DNA of 61,346 nt, the filler included, from Sphacelaria rigidula (lineage: Eukaryota): NCBI GenBank assembly GCA_964200075.2. It is 8 parts of 8 records of this genome, joined end to end, with 100 filler letters (N's around TTAATTAATTAA, not from the genome) between each part and the next. Parts side by side here need not be neighbours in the genome. Positions count along the whole stretch, not along the records: positions 30,725 to 38,305 come from CAXNAA020014235.1; positions 38,406 to 45,986 come from CAXNAA020014236.1; positions 46,087 to 53,666 come from CAXNAA020014237.1; 5 more parts are not named here. One strand, 5' to 3'. Each line of letters starts with the position of its first letter. The first letter of the stretch is position 1. Shown one piece after another: positions 35,457 through 47,630 of the stretch. Position numbers and translations under genes: made by a program. The notes below the pieces were generated by a model that saw only the letters and a list, made by a program, of their open reading frames with translations, was not told the origin of the DNA and did no database searches.

Positions 35457-37650
35457 CTCGTCCCCACAGCCTTCCCTTAATCCCCGAGCGATGTTCTCCT
35501 TAATCGAGGTCCCCTCTCGCGCCAATACCTTTACAGCCCCCGACGCCCAAACGCCTCCACCAGACGAGGCCGTATTGTGTGACACCACGGTCGCCCCGTC
35601 TAGGACGATCTGGGCACGGGCAGAATGAATTTTCCCCAGCGAGCGCCCAAGCAATGGTCGCGATTTATCACCAACACCGACGGTGCCATATCTTCGGAGA
35701 GTTGGTGCGCCTGGCGGAACGTTTGGTGGGAGATATTGTGTCAAACCATTGTCTGCGACGTCGCCGTTTGGGACACCAAGGGGATCTAAACTTTTCCCGT
35801 TCCACTCAGACTCCGCTGCCGCTGCGGTCACCACATGTGTAGGTGCACGGATTACCGCACCAGACCGAAAATCAAGCCACGAAAAGTCACCTCTCTCGCC
35901 GTCGACCTGTCTCGCAGCTTCTGAGCGGATTGGCCCAGCAGGCAGCGAATCGAAACCTATCCCACCGCCTAGCTGCGCTGTGTTGTTGGAGATTAAACAT
36001 CCGGTGACAGTCAGCATCGCCGCCACATCTCCACCCGGGAGTCGACCCCCGTTCTCCATGGACACCCTCCCTCCATAGCCATAACTCTGCTCTAGTGCAC
36101 CCGTCGCGTGTGTGATGTACAGACCGCCTCCGTATCGGCAGTCACTGCCGCCGTTTCCAATTATTTGGACAGAGGATAGGGTTGCCGAGATTGCGCCTCC
36201 TGAGGCTGCTGCCGACGCTCTGTCCCCAGCAATGTGGTGGTTGAATGTGTCCGATGTCGATAAGTTCACGCCTATCCCACCACCAGGACAATCTGTTGTG
36301 AACACAAGTGCACCCCCCCCCCCAAGCAACGACAAAAGCATATACAAGACAAGCGAAAAAATTACTGTCTCTTGCTTCGGGTGTTCGTTGCTGTGAAGCA
36401 AAACGAGCCGAGTCCCTTTGTGCGGACCAGCTGCGGCGCAGCGCACGCGCGTTGTCCATCAGTTCCCATACATTTGATTACTCCCAATACAAGTCCAATC
36501 GCTCAGACCCGCTGTCACAAGATACGTTGCCCAAGGCGAGGCACGAACTGATCTGCTGACATCGTTTCACGCAGCAGAAGCGAAGGCCCGGGAACAAAAA
36601 CAGATTACTCGGACACGAGCAAGCACGTAGGGTGCTCCATTCTTCCCCGCTGCCCCCCCGTTCATCTCACCGGTTACCGTCAGATTTGCGAGCTGTGTGA
36701 TACGCCCACCGTGTAGCCATACACCTCGTTCTAGGGAAGATGAGGACAACGAGGTTTCGTTTGGCGAAAGACGACCCTCACAAGAGAGCACAACGGCCGT
36801 GGCATCGAGGCTCCCGAGATGGCTGAAATGAGTTCCTTCCGGCTGTGCGCCCTGCCCGGTAGCTACGTGCTGGCTGGTTGTCCAGCCAACGAGGCGTACA
36901 TCTCTGATATAATGGATTACAGAAGGGATTTACAAGGTAAGAATACACAACATATGTATCGGCCTACGCTATGTTCTCTGGCGAGAACATACGTTTGGAA
37001 CGACAACGAGGCTACGTTCGCGGGTCGCTTAGTCCTCTCACGAAAAAAAAAGCGAGTAAAAAGGAATGGTTGGTTAACTGCGTCTGCTGAAGCACGTGGA
37101 GTGCTTGTAAAGGTAAATAGGGTGTACATCCTGGGCGCTTGGGGCATTCGCTGCTCTTGATGATGGTCTGCAAGCTAACTAGTTGGTACCGAATTTTATT
37201 ACTTTTACAAAAATATTGCGCTGCCTCTGTTCCATATTATATCGAGTACAGCGTAACTACGGAGTATGTACAGTGTGACCTATGTTGGTGTACCGCAATA
37301 GTGCAGCCCAGTGCCCCGCCGTAGCGCGATCAGATAGCTTGTCACAAGTCCGATCCGCTCTAGTATTGTCAAGGAGTGGCACTACCTCAGTGCTGTGCAC
37401 GATTCCTCCCCAGTGCGATCAAGCTGTGCTGGCAACCCATCACATCCTCAGTAGAAGTGAAGGAAGACAACTCTAATGTTCTGTCGCCGTACCTGATAAA
37501 GTCGGGAAGCTCACTGTCTGCTGGGCCGCCGAAGAAGACGTTGTTGTCCCCGGTGTATAATCCCGGGAGCAGGCGCAACTCCGGCGATTGTCCGCTCGGG
37601 AGATCTTTCGGTATGGCCTTCAACCCTCTACGAGCTCGGAAAAAACGCAC
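35457..37650 (-). CDS. Multi-exon polymorphic-membrane-protein-like parallel beta-helix protein (partial; exons about 37650-37492, 36904-36620, 36330-35457)
   Basis: LRLLPGLYTGDNNV (ending ATCAG|gtacgg); then ASGGAI, YGGGLY, ISNNTAQLGGGI, VSHNTASSGGGVW and IKENIA, ending GAG|gtgagg. Exon limits approximate; may be a pseudogene. Confidence 0.65.
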
Positions 37651-38305
37651 AAAGATCGCGACTCATCGGTGAGCGAAGGACTAGGATTTCGTCCAGAATC
37701 AAGTCAGGCAACAGATTTTACTATATGGACGAAATGTATTTTATGGAGAATGTATCCAGTTTACTCTGTAGTACGTAGGCGCGCTTGAGGCAGCTACAAA
37801 CGTTGAAAAAAAGTACAAAAATAGATTTTCTCGTTTGGGATGCTGCAAAACCTCATTCTTCAGCGATGGAGGAAGACTTTTGTGATCGACGTTGGCACGA
37901 AGGTCGCACAGAAAAGGTCGAGGCAGCCCGAGGTCTGACCCGGCTGATCACTTGAACAAGAAGCCACATATAGTCAAACAGTTACTCCGCCAAAATTCAT
38001 GCTGCGGCCACCCGCAACCGATCACGACAACTAGTGATGGGTAGCATTACCGCGGTTCGGGCTCTGCGAGCGTCGCTACACACACAGGACCATGGTGCAG
38101 TGCGGGGATGCTACAAACGTCTGATATCGCAATGGGGCATTACAGCGGCTACTCCTACTTTTTTTCTTTTTTTTTTCGTCCCCAGAGGACAGGAAGGAAC
38201 CTTTTATCCGTACACTTCGCTATTTCTAGTTTCGTGCAGCGCCTCGAGTCGCTCCACCCGACAAACATGCCCACCCGAGGGTGGACATGCTCCGCGGATG
38301 TATGA

Positions 38306-38405
38306 NNNNNNNNNNNNNNNNNNNNNNNNNNNNNNNNNNNNNNNNNNNNTTAATTAATTAANNNNNNNNNNNNNNNNNNNNNNNNNNNNNNNNNNNNNNN
38401 NNNNN
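38306..38405. other. Artificial scaffold linker
   Basis: 44 N + TTAATTAATTAA + 44 N. Confidence 0.97.
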
Positions 38406-38956
38406 AGCCAACAATGAGTTGCTTTATTCTATGGTTTCGCCACTTCCAGAGACAGCCACAACTTTTACACTGCCTCATGTGTGTACAACCATAGTGATCA
38501 CCGTGGGGTGATCAGTCACCTCGGGGGGTGCAGGGTCATCCTGAGATCAGGCTCTTTCTGGTACCACCCCGAGTTGTCTAGTATCGTTGGCATTATGGGG
38601 TCTCGGTAACCTGGTCTTTTCGGACCGTTCCTACCTTGCACCTTCATGCGCTGGTTCTTCATATTTATGTGGCATTAATCTCTGATATGTCACTGCAAAG
38701 AGGTATCTTCCACACTTCCCCCCCCTCTATGCGCCTCAAACCCATCAGGGCTGTGGCTGGTGGGACGAGGCGATCATCAGCTTCGTTGAGTGATAGTCAT
38801 TGTTTGAGTCACGCCACTGCTAATCGCGAAGGTAGCCCTTCCCTATACTGTGGCATTGATTGAACACCTCCAGTACATTTTACACACGCCGGACGAGCAC
38901 GAGTATGACTCGTGGCAATCGCACTCGTTGGGCTGCTCGTCGGCCGTAGAAATAAA

Positions 38957-40530
38957 TAGGGCGAACACTCGAGTCATTGCTCGTTGTGGAAAAAAATTGA
39001 TGGGGCGAGCACTCGAGTCATTGCTCGTTGCGGAAAAAAATCAACAGGGCGAGCACTCGAGTCATTGCTCGTTGTGGAAAAAATTAAGCCCTTTGGGACC
39101 GGGCCTCCAAAAACGACCAGTGAGGCTGGTTGGGAATGACGTGTCTGGCATCTGGAAAAACTATTAAGCCCTTTGGGACCCGGCCTCCAGAACGACCAAT
39201 GAGGCTGATTAGGAATGACGTGTCTGGCGTCTGGACGAAACAGTGGCATGTTGCTGAAAATCTGCGTATGTAACCGCAAGGATATGAGGAAGACCGGGAG
39301 TTTCATCCAATCTATTTTCAGATGCAGGGTGCGCTCTAGGTAATGTACATCTGATGAGCAAGCAGCATGTGTCGCCGTAGAGAGCTTTCAACAGGATGCG
39401 GCGTCCGGCGGGCCACCCGCCACTTGTGACTTTGGATGATACTATTGTCCCTATCACCTTGCCACACGGCTCTTTGTGGTCGGAGTGGGCCGCCATTTCC
39501 CAGTTTGTTGCATGCGACAAATTCTCTTCGAAGGGTATGGGCGCAGCGGCGCACATACATATAGTACAGTACAGTGCAGTACCCCCCTTCGACTGCAGCA
39601 GCAACTGCCGCTGCATACTCCCTTGCACGTTCTGGGCAGTTCTCAGCGACGGAGATCAACTGCCTATACACAGCTTGTTCATCCCCGCCCGCTACATACA
39701 TGTTCACAGTTCTGCAAGTCATCGGCGGAGGGATATGCAGAATTCATGACGATAGCTCCTCTTGTCTTTCCACGGCCCACCTGGGTTTAGTGCCTCGTGG
39801 AAATGACCACATTGTGGCATGTACGCTCCTTCCCGATTTTTCCCACTTCACCCTATGTTAGTGTGAGTACTACGTTTAGTATAGGCTAGCGACCCCAAAA
39901 AACTTCCGGGGAATCCCGGGAGCGCTATACTGAATGCAAGTAATACGATAAGCCATGCTCCGAGCATCCTGGCTTTGGAAACCTGGGAAGACTTATCTGG
40001 GCCAGGGATAGGGCCCCAACACGATCTTTGCAGTGACATCACACTCGGCAACAGAACCCGCGCTGGTCGTTCGGATGTGGTCGATAAATTTCGCCTCGCC
40101 GGGTTTGAGCAGGTGGCTCCCTGACATATTTTTTTATTATTTCACCAACACATGGTCAACCCCGTGTTATAGTGGGGGGGTCGATCCCAAAAGGGTTAAT
40201 AGGGCGAGTACTCGAGTCATTGCTCGTTGTGGATAAAAAAATGATAGGGTGAGCACTCGAGTCATTGCTCGTTGTGGAAACAAAGTTATAGGGCGAGCAC
40301 TTGAGTCATTGCTCGTTGCGAAAAAAAATAATAGGGCGAGCACTCAAGTCATTGCTCATTGTGGAAAAAAATAATAGGGCAAGCACTCGAGTCATTGCTC
40401 GATAAAACAAAAGTGATGACTCGAGCACACGAGTCATTGCTCGTTGTAAAAAGAGGTAACGGCGCGAGCACACGAGTCATTGCTCGTTAAAAACAAAGTA
40501 ATGACTCGAGCACACGAGTCATGCTCGATG
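38957..40530. repeat. About 11 copies of agggcgagcactcgagtcattgctcgttgtggaaaaaa (3 left and 8 right of the piggyBac-like insert)
   Basis: Direct count; each unit holds the hairpin cgagca-ctcgagtcat-tgctcg. Confidence 0.9.
39088..40195. mobile_element. piggyBac-like non-autonomous element
   Basis: TTAA at 39084-39087 and 40196-40199; ends gccctttgggacc / (reverse complement) cccttttgggatc; removing it restores a repeat unit (aaaaattaatagggcgag). Confidence 0.8.
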
Positions 40531-41053
40531 TGTTTTCAAAAAACATCCACGAGGGCACTCGTTTCGACGAGTAATGACGAGTGCGACGGGTGAAATTGTA
40601 GCTACCTGTGGTCATAAACAGTGCATGCATTGCAAAACCCTTTCATTTCGATATTTTCTGTCATGTAACTGTGTCATGTGTGACATATTTCCATTAGATG
40701 CATTTGCACTTCAGTGCTGGTTGCATCTGCCGGTTATACATGACTGGGCACTGGGACGCTGTTCGGTCTAAGGGCGCCTGGGTTATTTATGCCCGGGTTC
40801 TGGGATGCTTTCGGTTCCGCTGACACCGGAGTAGGACGAAGTCCTCGCGTTAGTAACAAAGCGGTGGATACGGTGTTTTTATCCTGTGAGCATTGTGCTC
40901 CCTCGGCGGAACATCGTCAAAATGAGCCTTGCTTCTTGTCAGCAACTACCCTCATTGCTGAGAGGCCATCTGCCTTGGGAAGTTCTACCCCCGTCACCAC
41001 TGACACGTCAAATGTTATTCCGTTCATGCCTGTACTGTTCTAACGTCGTTTTA

Positions 41054-44000
41054 TGTGAGGAAGGCATATCGCTAGAGTGGTCAGAGACCTACGGGGAGAC
41101 TGCCGTCCTGATGCCGAAGGAACTCCGAGGCTGGCGATGATTTCCTCTTGTATATGTAGGCAAGAAGTGGGGTCAGACTAGAAGTGGTCGCCAGGGGCGA
41201 CCAGGACCTTGCGGGATGTTGGACCGTCCTATTTTAGGCTCTTCATCACCCCAAGTTGTCTAGTTACGTCGGCATTACAGGGTCCTCGGTAATCTGGTCC
41301 TTTCGGACTGCTCCCACCTTGTCCCTGCTTGCGCTGCTTCTTCATAAATGTGTGGCATCAGTCTCTGACATGTCACTGCAAAGAGGTGTCCTCCACATTT
41401 CCCCCCCCTTAATGCGCCTCAAGCCCATCGAGGCTATGGCTGGTGGGACGACGCGATCATCAGCTTCACTGATGATATAATTATGGAGTTTTTTTGAGTG
41501 ACAAATCATTGATTGAGTCACGCCACCACCAATCGCAAAGGTAGCCCTTCTCTATACTGTGGTATTGAGTAAACACCCCCAGTAAATTTTAGCTACCTTT
41601 GGTCAGTAACAGTGCATGTATTCCAAACCCTCTAATTTGTTATTTTTTCTGTCACGCAGCTGTCATATGTGACATGTTTCCATCAGATGTATTTGCACTT
41701 CGGTGCTGGTTGCATCTGCTGGTGTGCATGACTGGGCACTGGGACACTGATCGGTCCACGAGCGCCTGGGTTATTCCTGCCTGGGTTCTGGGATGCCTTC
41801 GGTTCCGCGTTCACCTGAGTAGGGTTAAGTCTTGGGTTAGTAACAAGGCGGTGTTGAAGTTACATATGTGTTTTGTTTTTTTCACCTGTGAGCATTGTGC
41901 TCCTTTGGCTGAACACCGTCAAAATGACCCTTGCTTCTTGTATTGTGTCAAATACCTGCATGGTGTGTGACACATTTTTTATGGGATGCTTTTGCACTTT
42001 GGTGCAGGCTGCATCAGTCAGGTATACCTGACTAGGCACTGGAGCACCGACCGGTCCACGGGCGCTTGAGGTATTCTTGCCCGGGTTCTGGGATGCCTTT
42101 GGTTCCGCGGACACCGGAGTATAGGACACAGTCCCCGCGTTAGTACCAAAGCGGTGGGTCTGATGTTTATTTTGCGAGCATTGTGCTCTTTGGTGAAACA
42201 TCGACATGTTATTTGCTTCGTATCATTTCGTGGCATAAAAGTGTGTCCCATGTGATGTATTTCCACAAGATGCGTCGCACTTTGGTGCTGGATGCATCTA
42301 CTGTTTCTACATGTTTGGGCACTGGGAAACTGGTCGGTCCACGGGCGCCTGGGTTTTTCATGTCCGGGTTCTGAGATACCTTCGGTTCCGCTGACACCGA
42401 AATAGTACAACGCCCTCGTGTCAGTAACAAAGCGGTGGATACGATGTTTTCGGCCTGTGAGCATTGTGCTTTTTTATCTGAACATCGACAAAATGATCCG
42501 CACTATCCCGATTGCTGGGAGGCTATCTTCCTTGGGAAGTTGCACCCCAGTCACCGTTAACATGTCAGATATTTTTCCCTTCATGTTTGCATTTTTCTAA
42601 CGTCGTGTTTTCGTTTTCTTCTCTTGTGACTCTCCTTCATCTCCGAATTGTGACCCCGAGCTACTGCTCAACCCTTGAGCGTTTTGCTAGGACGCTCGAA
42701 TAGTCTGTTGAACAATCACATCCGTTTCCGTTACCCGGTATTTTTGGGGGAGTTTCTACTCCGAATGTGAGCGCTTTGCTGACCCGTTGTCATGACGGTA
42801 TACATCGAGGTGTCTACCTTGTGTTATTTCGTCAGCTCGATAGTTTAGATCAGCTGCTGGGCTGTAGCTTTTGAGTCTCATTGATCTCCGAATTTTGACC
42901 TCAGGTTAATGCTCAACCCTTGAGCGTTCTGCTAGGACGCTCGAACAGTCTGTTAAACAGTCACATCCGTTTCCGTTTCCCTGTAGTTTTGGATTTCGAG
43001 TCCGGATGTGAGCATTCAGCTAACCCCTTGTCAATGTCCGGCGCTGAGCAATGCTACGGTAGATCAGGTCAGCCGCTGGGCCGTAGCCCTGGAGTCTCAA
43101 CAGATATTGATAGTTGTACCGACTTCTTCGACCTGGGCCTAGCGCGTGACCCACCACTTTTTCGACAGCGTAACGTTTCATTGTAAGCAACGTTTCGTGT
43201 GGTTGGTCTCTCTGGTAGAGGTATCTATTTGTCTAGGAACAACTCGCTCGATTTATCGACATACGATGCGGGTGGTGTTTCCCGCAGGTGATATTTCTTC
43301 AAGTGAGCGGGATGTGCTGACATTTCTTTCGAGTCGTCGCCTATTTTGATTATGTACACAACCGGCGATCGTCTCTCGGTTATCATGAACGGTTCTCTCC
43401 ATGGTAACTGGAGTTTGGTTTCGACCTTCCTAATTCCTGGTATGGTGGGTACAAGTGTACCTTTTGGCCGGGTTTGAACACTGGGATAGATTTGAATTTG
43501 TTCTTTTTTCTTGCTCGTTCGCTCTTTCTCGTGAGGCTTGTCTCGCAATTTCAAATCCAAACTATAGGTTTTCCCGTGTTTCTTTGGAAAATTCTTTGGG
43601 TGTTGCTGCTTGGCTCTCTTCAGGTATGCCGAGTATAATGTCGATTGGTGATCTGGGCTGTCTTCCGAACAAAAACAAATACGTTCTCTTGTACTGTATT
43701 ATGATATGAAGTGTTGTACGCCATTTGGACGAATGGAAGCATGGATACCCGGTTTTTGTTCCCGACTTACATATGTATAGCTAACATCGCGTGCATGGTG
43801 GAGTGGACTCGTTCCGACACTGAATTACCTTGCGGGCGTAGCGGTGTCGTGCGAGTTTTATTTAAATCCAACTCCTGTTGCAGTGCGTATATTAGGTTGT
43901 TCTCGATTTTGGCTCTTTAATTGAAACACAGCTTTCCCGGGATGCCAAATGCGGTGAGGACTCTGTCAAAAAGAGTTTTTTGAGAGGTGGTCCACTACGG

Positions 44001-45986
44001 ACAGTACATATTTACCTAGTACTCCAGCGTTTGACACAATATTCGTTTCGCATTCGACTAGGTTTGCCGGCACTCTTTCGTCTAGCCGTCCTACCGGAAC
44101 GTGTCCCATCGGCACATTCTGGCCGGTTGACTGACAGCTCTCGGTCGCTTTGTACTGACTTCAAACAGTCTGTAATCTTAGCTGATATTTGACGGTGATA
44201 TGTGGCTCAGCTATTTGCAGCGCATGGTCTTTTGGCACATTACCACATAGTTGTAGTAGCGCAAACAGTCGTGAGATGATGTGCGGAAAAGCATGAAGTT
44301 TCTCCGGTTTTTGTCTATCATCACTATCATGAAGTTTTACCGGGGTTTACATGTCGGCCCAAAGGGTTGGCGATTTGTACCATTTCCGTTTTATTCGTCG
44401 ACTACGCTGTACGTCTATGCTGTTCTTGAAGCAATGATGCGCGTGAATGCTTGAGGTACGTCAGGCGATCGAGTATCTTCCTCGGTTATTATGCGTGGCT
44501 GCACGACAGCTGTTGTTGTTAACGGGGTATTTTCTGTTTCAGCTAATGCTGCCACTTTATGCCGGAACCCTCGGATTTTTATGGGGGAACCGTCCCCGCT
44601 TCTGAGATCGATGGGTCCTGGCAGTACTGGTTTTGTGTCATCAGCTGCCATGGTGGCCTGTTGTTCATCTATGAACTTTTACTGATACACGGTACGTCTG
44701 CTGCGGCATCGACTGTGATTTTTTTCAGCGAGGGTACCGTTTACTCTGGCTGCGACTCTAACGCGGGCTGGTGCACAGGATAGCGCTAGGGGCGCATCTG
44801 TATACCTGGCGGGTGATGATGCGTTGTATGAGTCATAACAGTGATCGTCCGAAATCGGGTTGCAAACGGGAGACTGGTGTTTCGATATGGAATCAACACC
44901 CCCTGCTTATAACATCGCTGTTTTTTTGGCTGCCGGTTGAAAATTTGTTCGCGCGGAATGTAACGTTATCGATTCATTGGGGTACGGCGGAGAATGTAAC
45001 ATGATGAGAGCCTCCACAAGCTGAGCTTCAATTTCGGCGATGATGGCCCTTTGTGTGGTGTACTCCTTTTCCACGGCTGCTCTGATGACTGCTTAGGGAT
45101 CGACCCTCATCGTGCTCTCTCCAGCTTCTGCTCCTAGTATGTACTTTCACACCACAACTGAGGGCTGTTTTGGTGCCCCTCTGGAGGAGTGGGTTACTGT
45201 ACTGAACGAGAAACCCGCTTTCCTCCGATATGTTTTCTTCACCCGACGGTTGAGACTTCCTACATTTCATGCGTGATGAGGTGTGGGACTTTGAACTGTC
45301 TGCACTTTTCAACTTCTCTCAGCTTGTGGGCTGGGATGTGGTGAGATCATCCGATACACCTCTTTCTTTCGCTCGCTACATGGTAGGGAATGACAAGGTC
45401 GTGCATTCGCAGATCAGGTAACTTATTTGTTATGCTATTTCGAGTCACCGCGTTTCCAGAGGTCGACCTGCTTGATTAATTGCCGTGCCTTTCGCGCGAT
45501 GGTGGTGGAAAGTTAGTTGACAAGTGTGGATTCGCTGTTCAATCAGCCATTCTGGTGACATATAGTGCACGCTGAAGAGACTAATTTCGCGTTTCAGCTG
45601 TTTGACTAGCCGTACAGGTGACATATACTGCACCCTGAGGAGTCTAACTTCGCGTTTCGCTCTTTGATTAGTCATGCGGGTGACATATAAATGCACATTG
45701 AGGGGGCTAATTTCGCGTTAATCCAAACACATGACTCCAATAACGTCTCAACTCGGATAATTAAGCACATGACCCATACGTTTCACCTGGAGTAGCGTTC
45801 CTTGGGGGACCTACTGTTTCCGGTGTCGGGGAGCAGTCGGTTCTCGTTCCAATTTTTACTTCTAAGGCCTGTCTTGCTTGATTTCTGTTCTGGTGTCGCC
45901 AGTGTGAGGAAGGCATATCGCTAGAGTGGTCAGAGACCTACGGGGAGACTGCCGTCCTGATGCCGAAGGAACTCCGAGGCTGGCGA
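41054..45986 (-). mobile_element. Ty3/Gypsy LTR retrotransposon, internally deleted and degenerate
   Basis: 3' LTR 41054-41397 (TG...CA); PPT aagggggggaaa adjoining it; PBS TGGCGACACCAG at 45901-45890; 5' LTR from 45903, cut by the scaffold end. Confidence 0.9.
43225..43975 (-). pseudogene. Gypsy integrase remnant (core and GPY/F region)
   Basis: VLTAFGIPGKL..KTRTTPLRPQGNSVSERVHSTMHAML, and KLQLPWREPFMITERRSPVVYII..HPAHLKKYH; contains stops and frameshifts. Confidence 0.85.
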
Positions 45987-46086
45987 NNNNNNNNNNNNNN
46001 NNNNNNNNNNNNNNNNNNNNNNNNNNNNNNTTAATTAATTAANNNNNNNNNNNNNNNNNNNNNNNNNNNNNNNNNNNNNNNNNNNN
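45987..46086. other. Artificial scaffold linker
   Basis: 44 N + TTAATTAATTAA + 44 N. Confidence 0.97.
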
Positions 46087-46581
46087 GGTGCTTCGCTCTC
46101 CTCGTTTACGCGGGGGGGTGTCGGGGCGCGGTTGGGTGGGGGGGTGGTGGGGGGGGGGGGGGGGGGGGGGGGGTGTACTCATGGTTTTGCATGCATGCCG
46201 TAGTCACACGACCATCGACCCCGAGAGGGAAGGGAGGGGTGCGGCGCCGGAGCTGAAAATTGTGATTTCCGTTGTTTTGGCACTCAAATTTGGTTACAAA
46301 CCGTACCCCTGACGATGCCGCACGCAATCAGCACAATCGTTTTTTCTCCCCCTCTCACCTCGTCGTGGATAGCGCAAATACTCCAGTGCTGCAACCGTCG
46401 CAAGCACCCAATCAAACATGCCCCCTCGCATTCCGCAGGGCTTCAACCGCGGGTCGGACAGGAGCAAGGCATGGAAATGGAGGATGACATGTAAGTAAGA
46501 CACTGAGAAATGAAAAAGGTAGGTTGCACCATCGGAGCTCAGCGTCCTGCAATCACGAGGTCTAGCAGATTTTGACATTTG

Positions 46582-46930
46582 TGTGGAAGACTCCTCTTTG
46601 CAGTGACATATCAGATACTGATGCCACACATTTATGATGAATCAGCGCAAGCAGGTACAAGGTAGGCACGGTCCGGATGGACCAGATTACCGAGGACCCT
46701 GTAATGCCAACGAAACTAATAAACTCGGGGTGATGCCAGGAAGAGCCTAATATTTGGACGATCCAACATCCCTCGAGAAACTGGTCGCCATTGGCGACCA
46801 CTTTTCGTTTGACCCCTTCTTGCCTACATATACAAGAGGAAATCATCGCCAGCCTCGGAGTTCCTTCGGCATTAGGACGGCAGTCTCCCCCGTAGGTCTC
46901 AGACTACTCTAGCGATACGCCTTCCTCACA
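46582..46930 (+). mobile_element. Solo LTR of the same Gypsy family
   Basis: TGTGGAAGAC...CTTCCTCACA with 4-bp TSD tttg/tttg. Confidence 0.9.
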
Positions 46931-47630
46931 TTTGCTTTCTTTCTTGACGGGACCAGTCGATGGGCTCAGCCTCCGGAGTTTCAGCTAATACCGGTAAAAC
47001 CATAGTTGTCGTTTTCGCCATATTGGCGTGAATGAACACCATAAACAACATATAGGTCCCCACGATGCCTACACTCTGAATGTCTTCGTTCCGAGGCTAT
47101 TGGCCATGCTACGCGAACGCAGCCTGAGGGGGGACGTACGTAGCCCCTCATCTACCCGGATACGCTTCTCTGCACCGTGCATAAACAACCTATACGAGAA
47201 CGTACCCGTCTAGCAGCAACATGGGTTGATTGTCGGCGTCGAGAAGGAGCTCCAGAGATTCTTTGGCCGCCTCTTCCCACAGGTCATACGGGCCGTCGAA
47301 TGCTTCCAGGGAGCGAGGTGATAACTGATAGATTTTCAGTGAAGCACACATGGACATAACCGGAGACATGATGAGCGGGGAAAAAACAGAGCTAAGGAGT
47401 GAAAAGGGTAACTCAGCTTTCGAAAAAAAGAAGCACCCACGAGATCCGGGGAAGATGGCTTGGCTATAGAGGAGCGAAAAATAAAGGGAACCACGAAGGT
47501 ACATGGGAACAAAAAATGCGGCGAAATTTTGTAGAGTGAAAAGTCATCCACTTATTCGGTGCTGGTGTCGACGAGACGTTTCACCTCCGAACAACAGAAA
47601 TGTGTTGTTCAAGGATTCTATTCGTGACGA

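Larger units (their letters stand above)
38883..40592. mobile_element. Non-autonomous DNA transposon with CAC...GTG ends, 8-bp TSD and a ~43-bp palindromic array
   Basis: Flanks acatttta (38875-38882) and aaattgta (40593-40600); the empty site aaatttta is seen in the paralog at 41584-41591; imperfect TIR cacacgccggac / cacccgtcgcac. Confidence 0.8.
38494..41053 (-). mobile_element. Older, fragmented Ty3/Gypsy copy (partial 3' LTR 38494-38714, PPT, 3' UTR), interrupted by later insertions
   Basis: ...gtcactgcaaagaggtatcttccaca followed by cttccccccc (minus-strand PPT); 38715-38882 plus 40601-41053 is colinear with 41398-41940 and 42500-42610. Confidence 0.8.

Noticed and set aside
38957-40530. 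CRISPR-like palindromic repeat array
   Set aside because: Units are separated only by short A-rich linkers, not unique spacers; no cas genes; eukaryotic transposon context.
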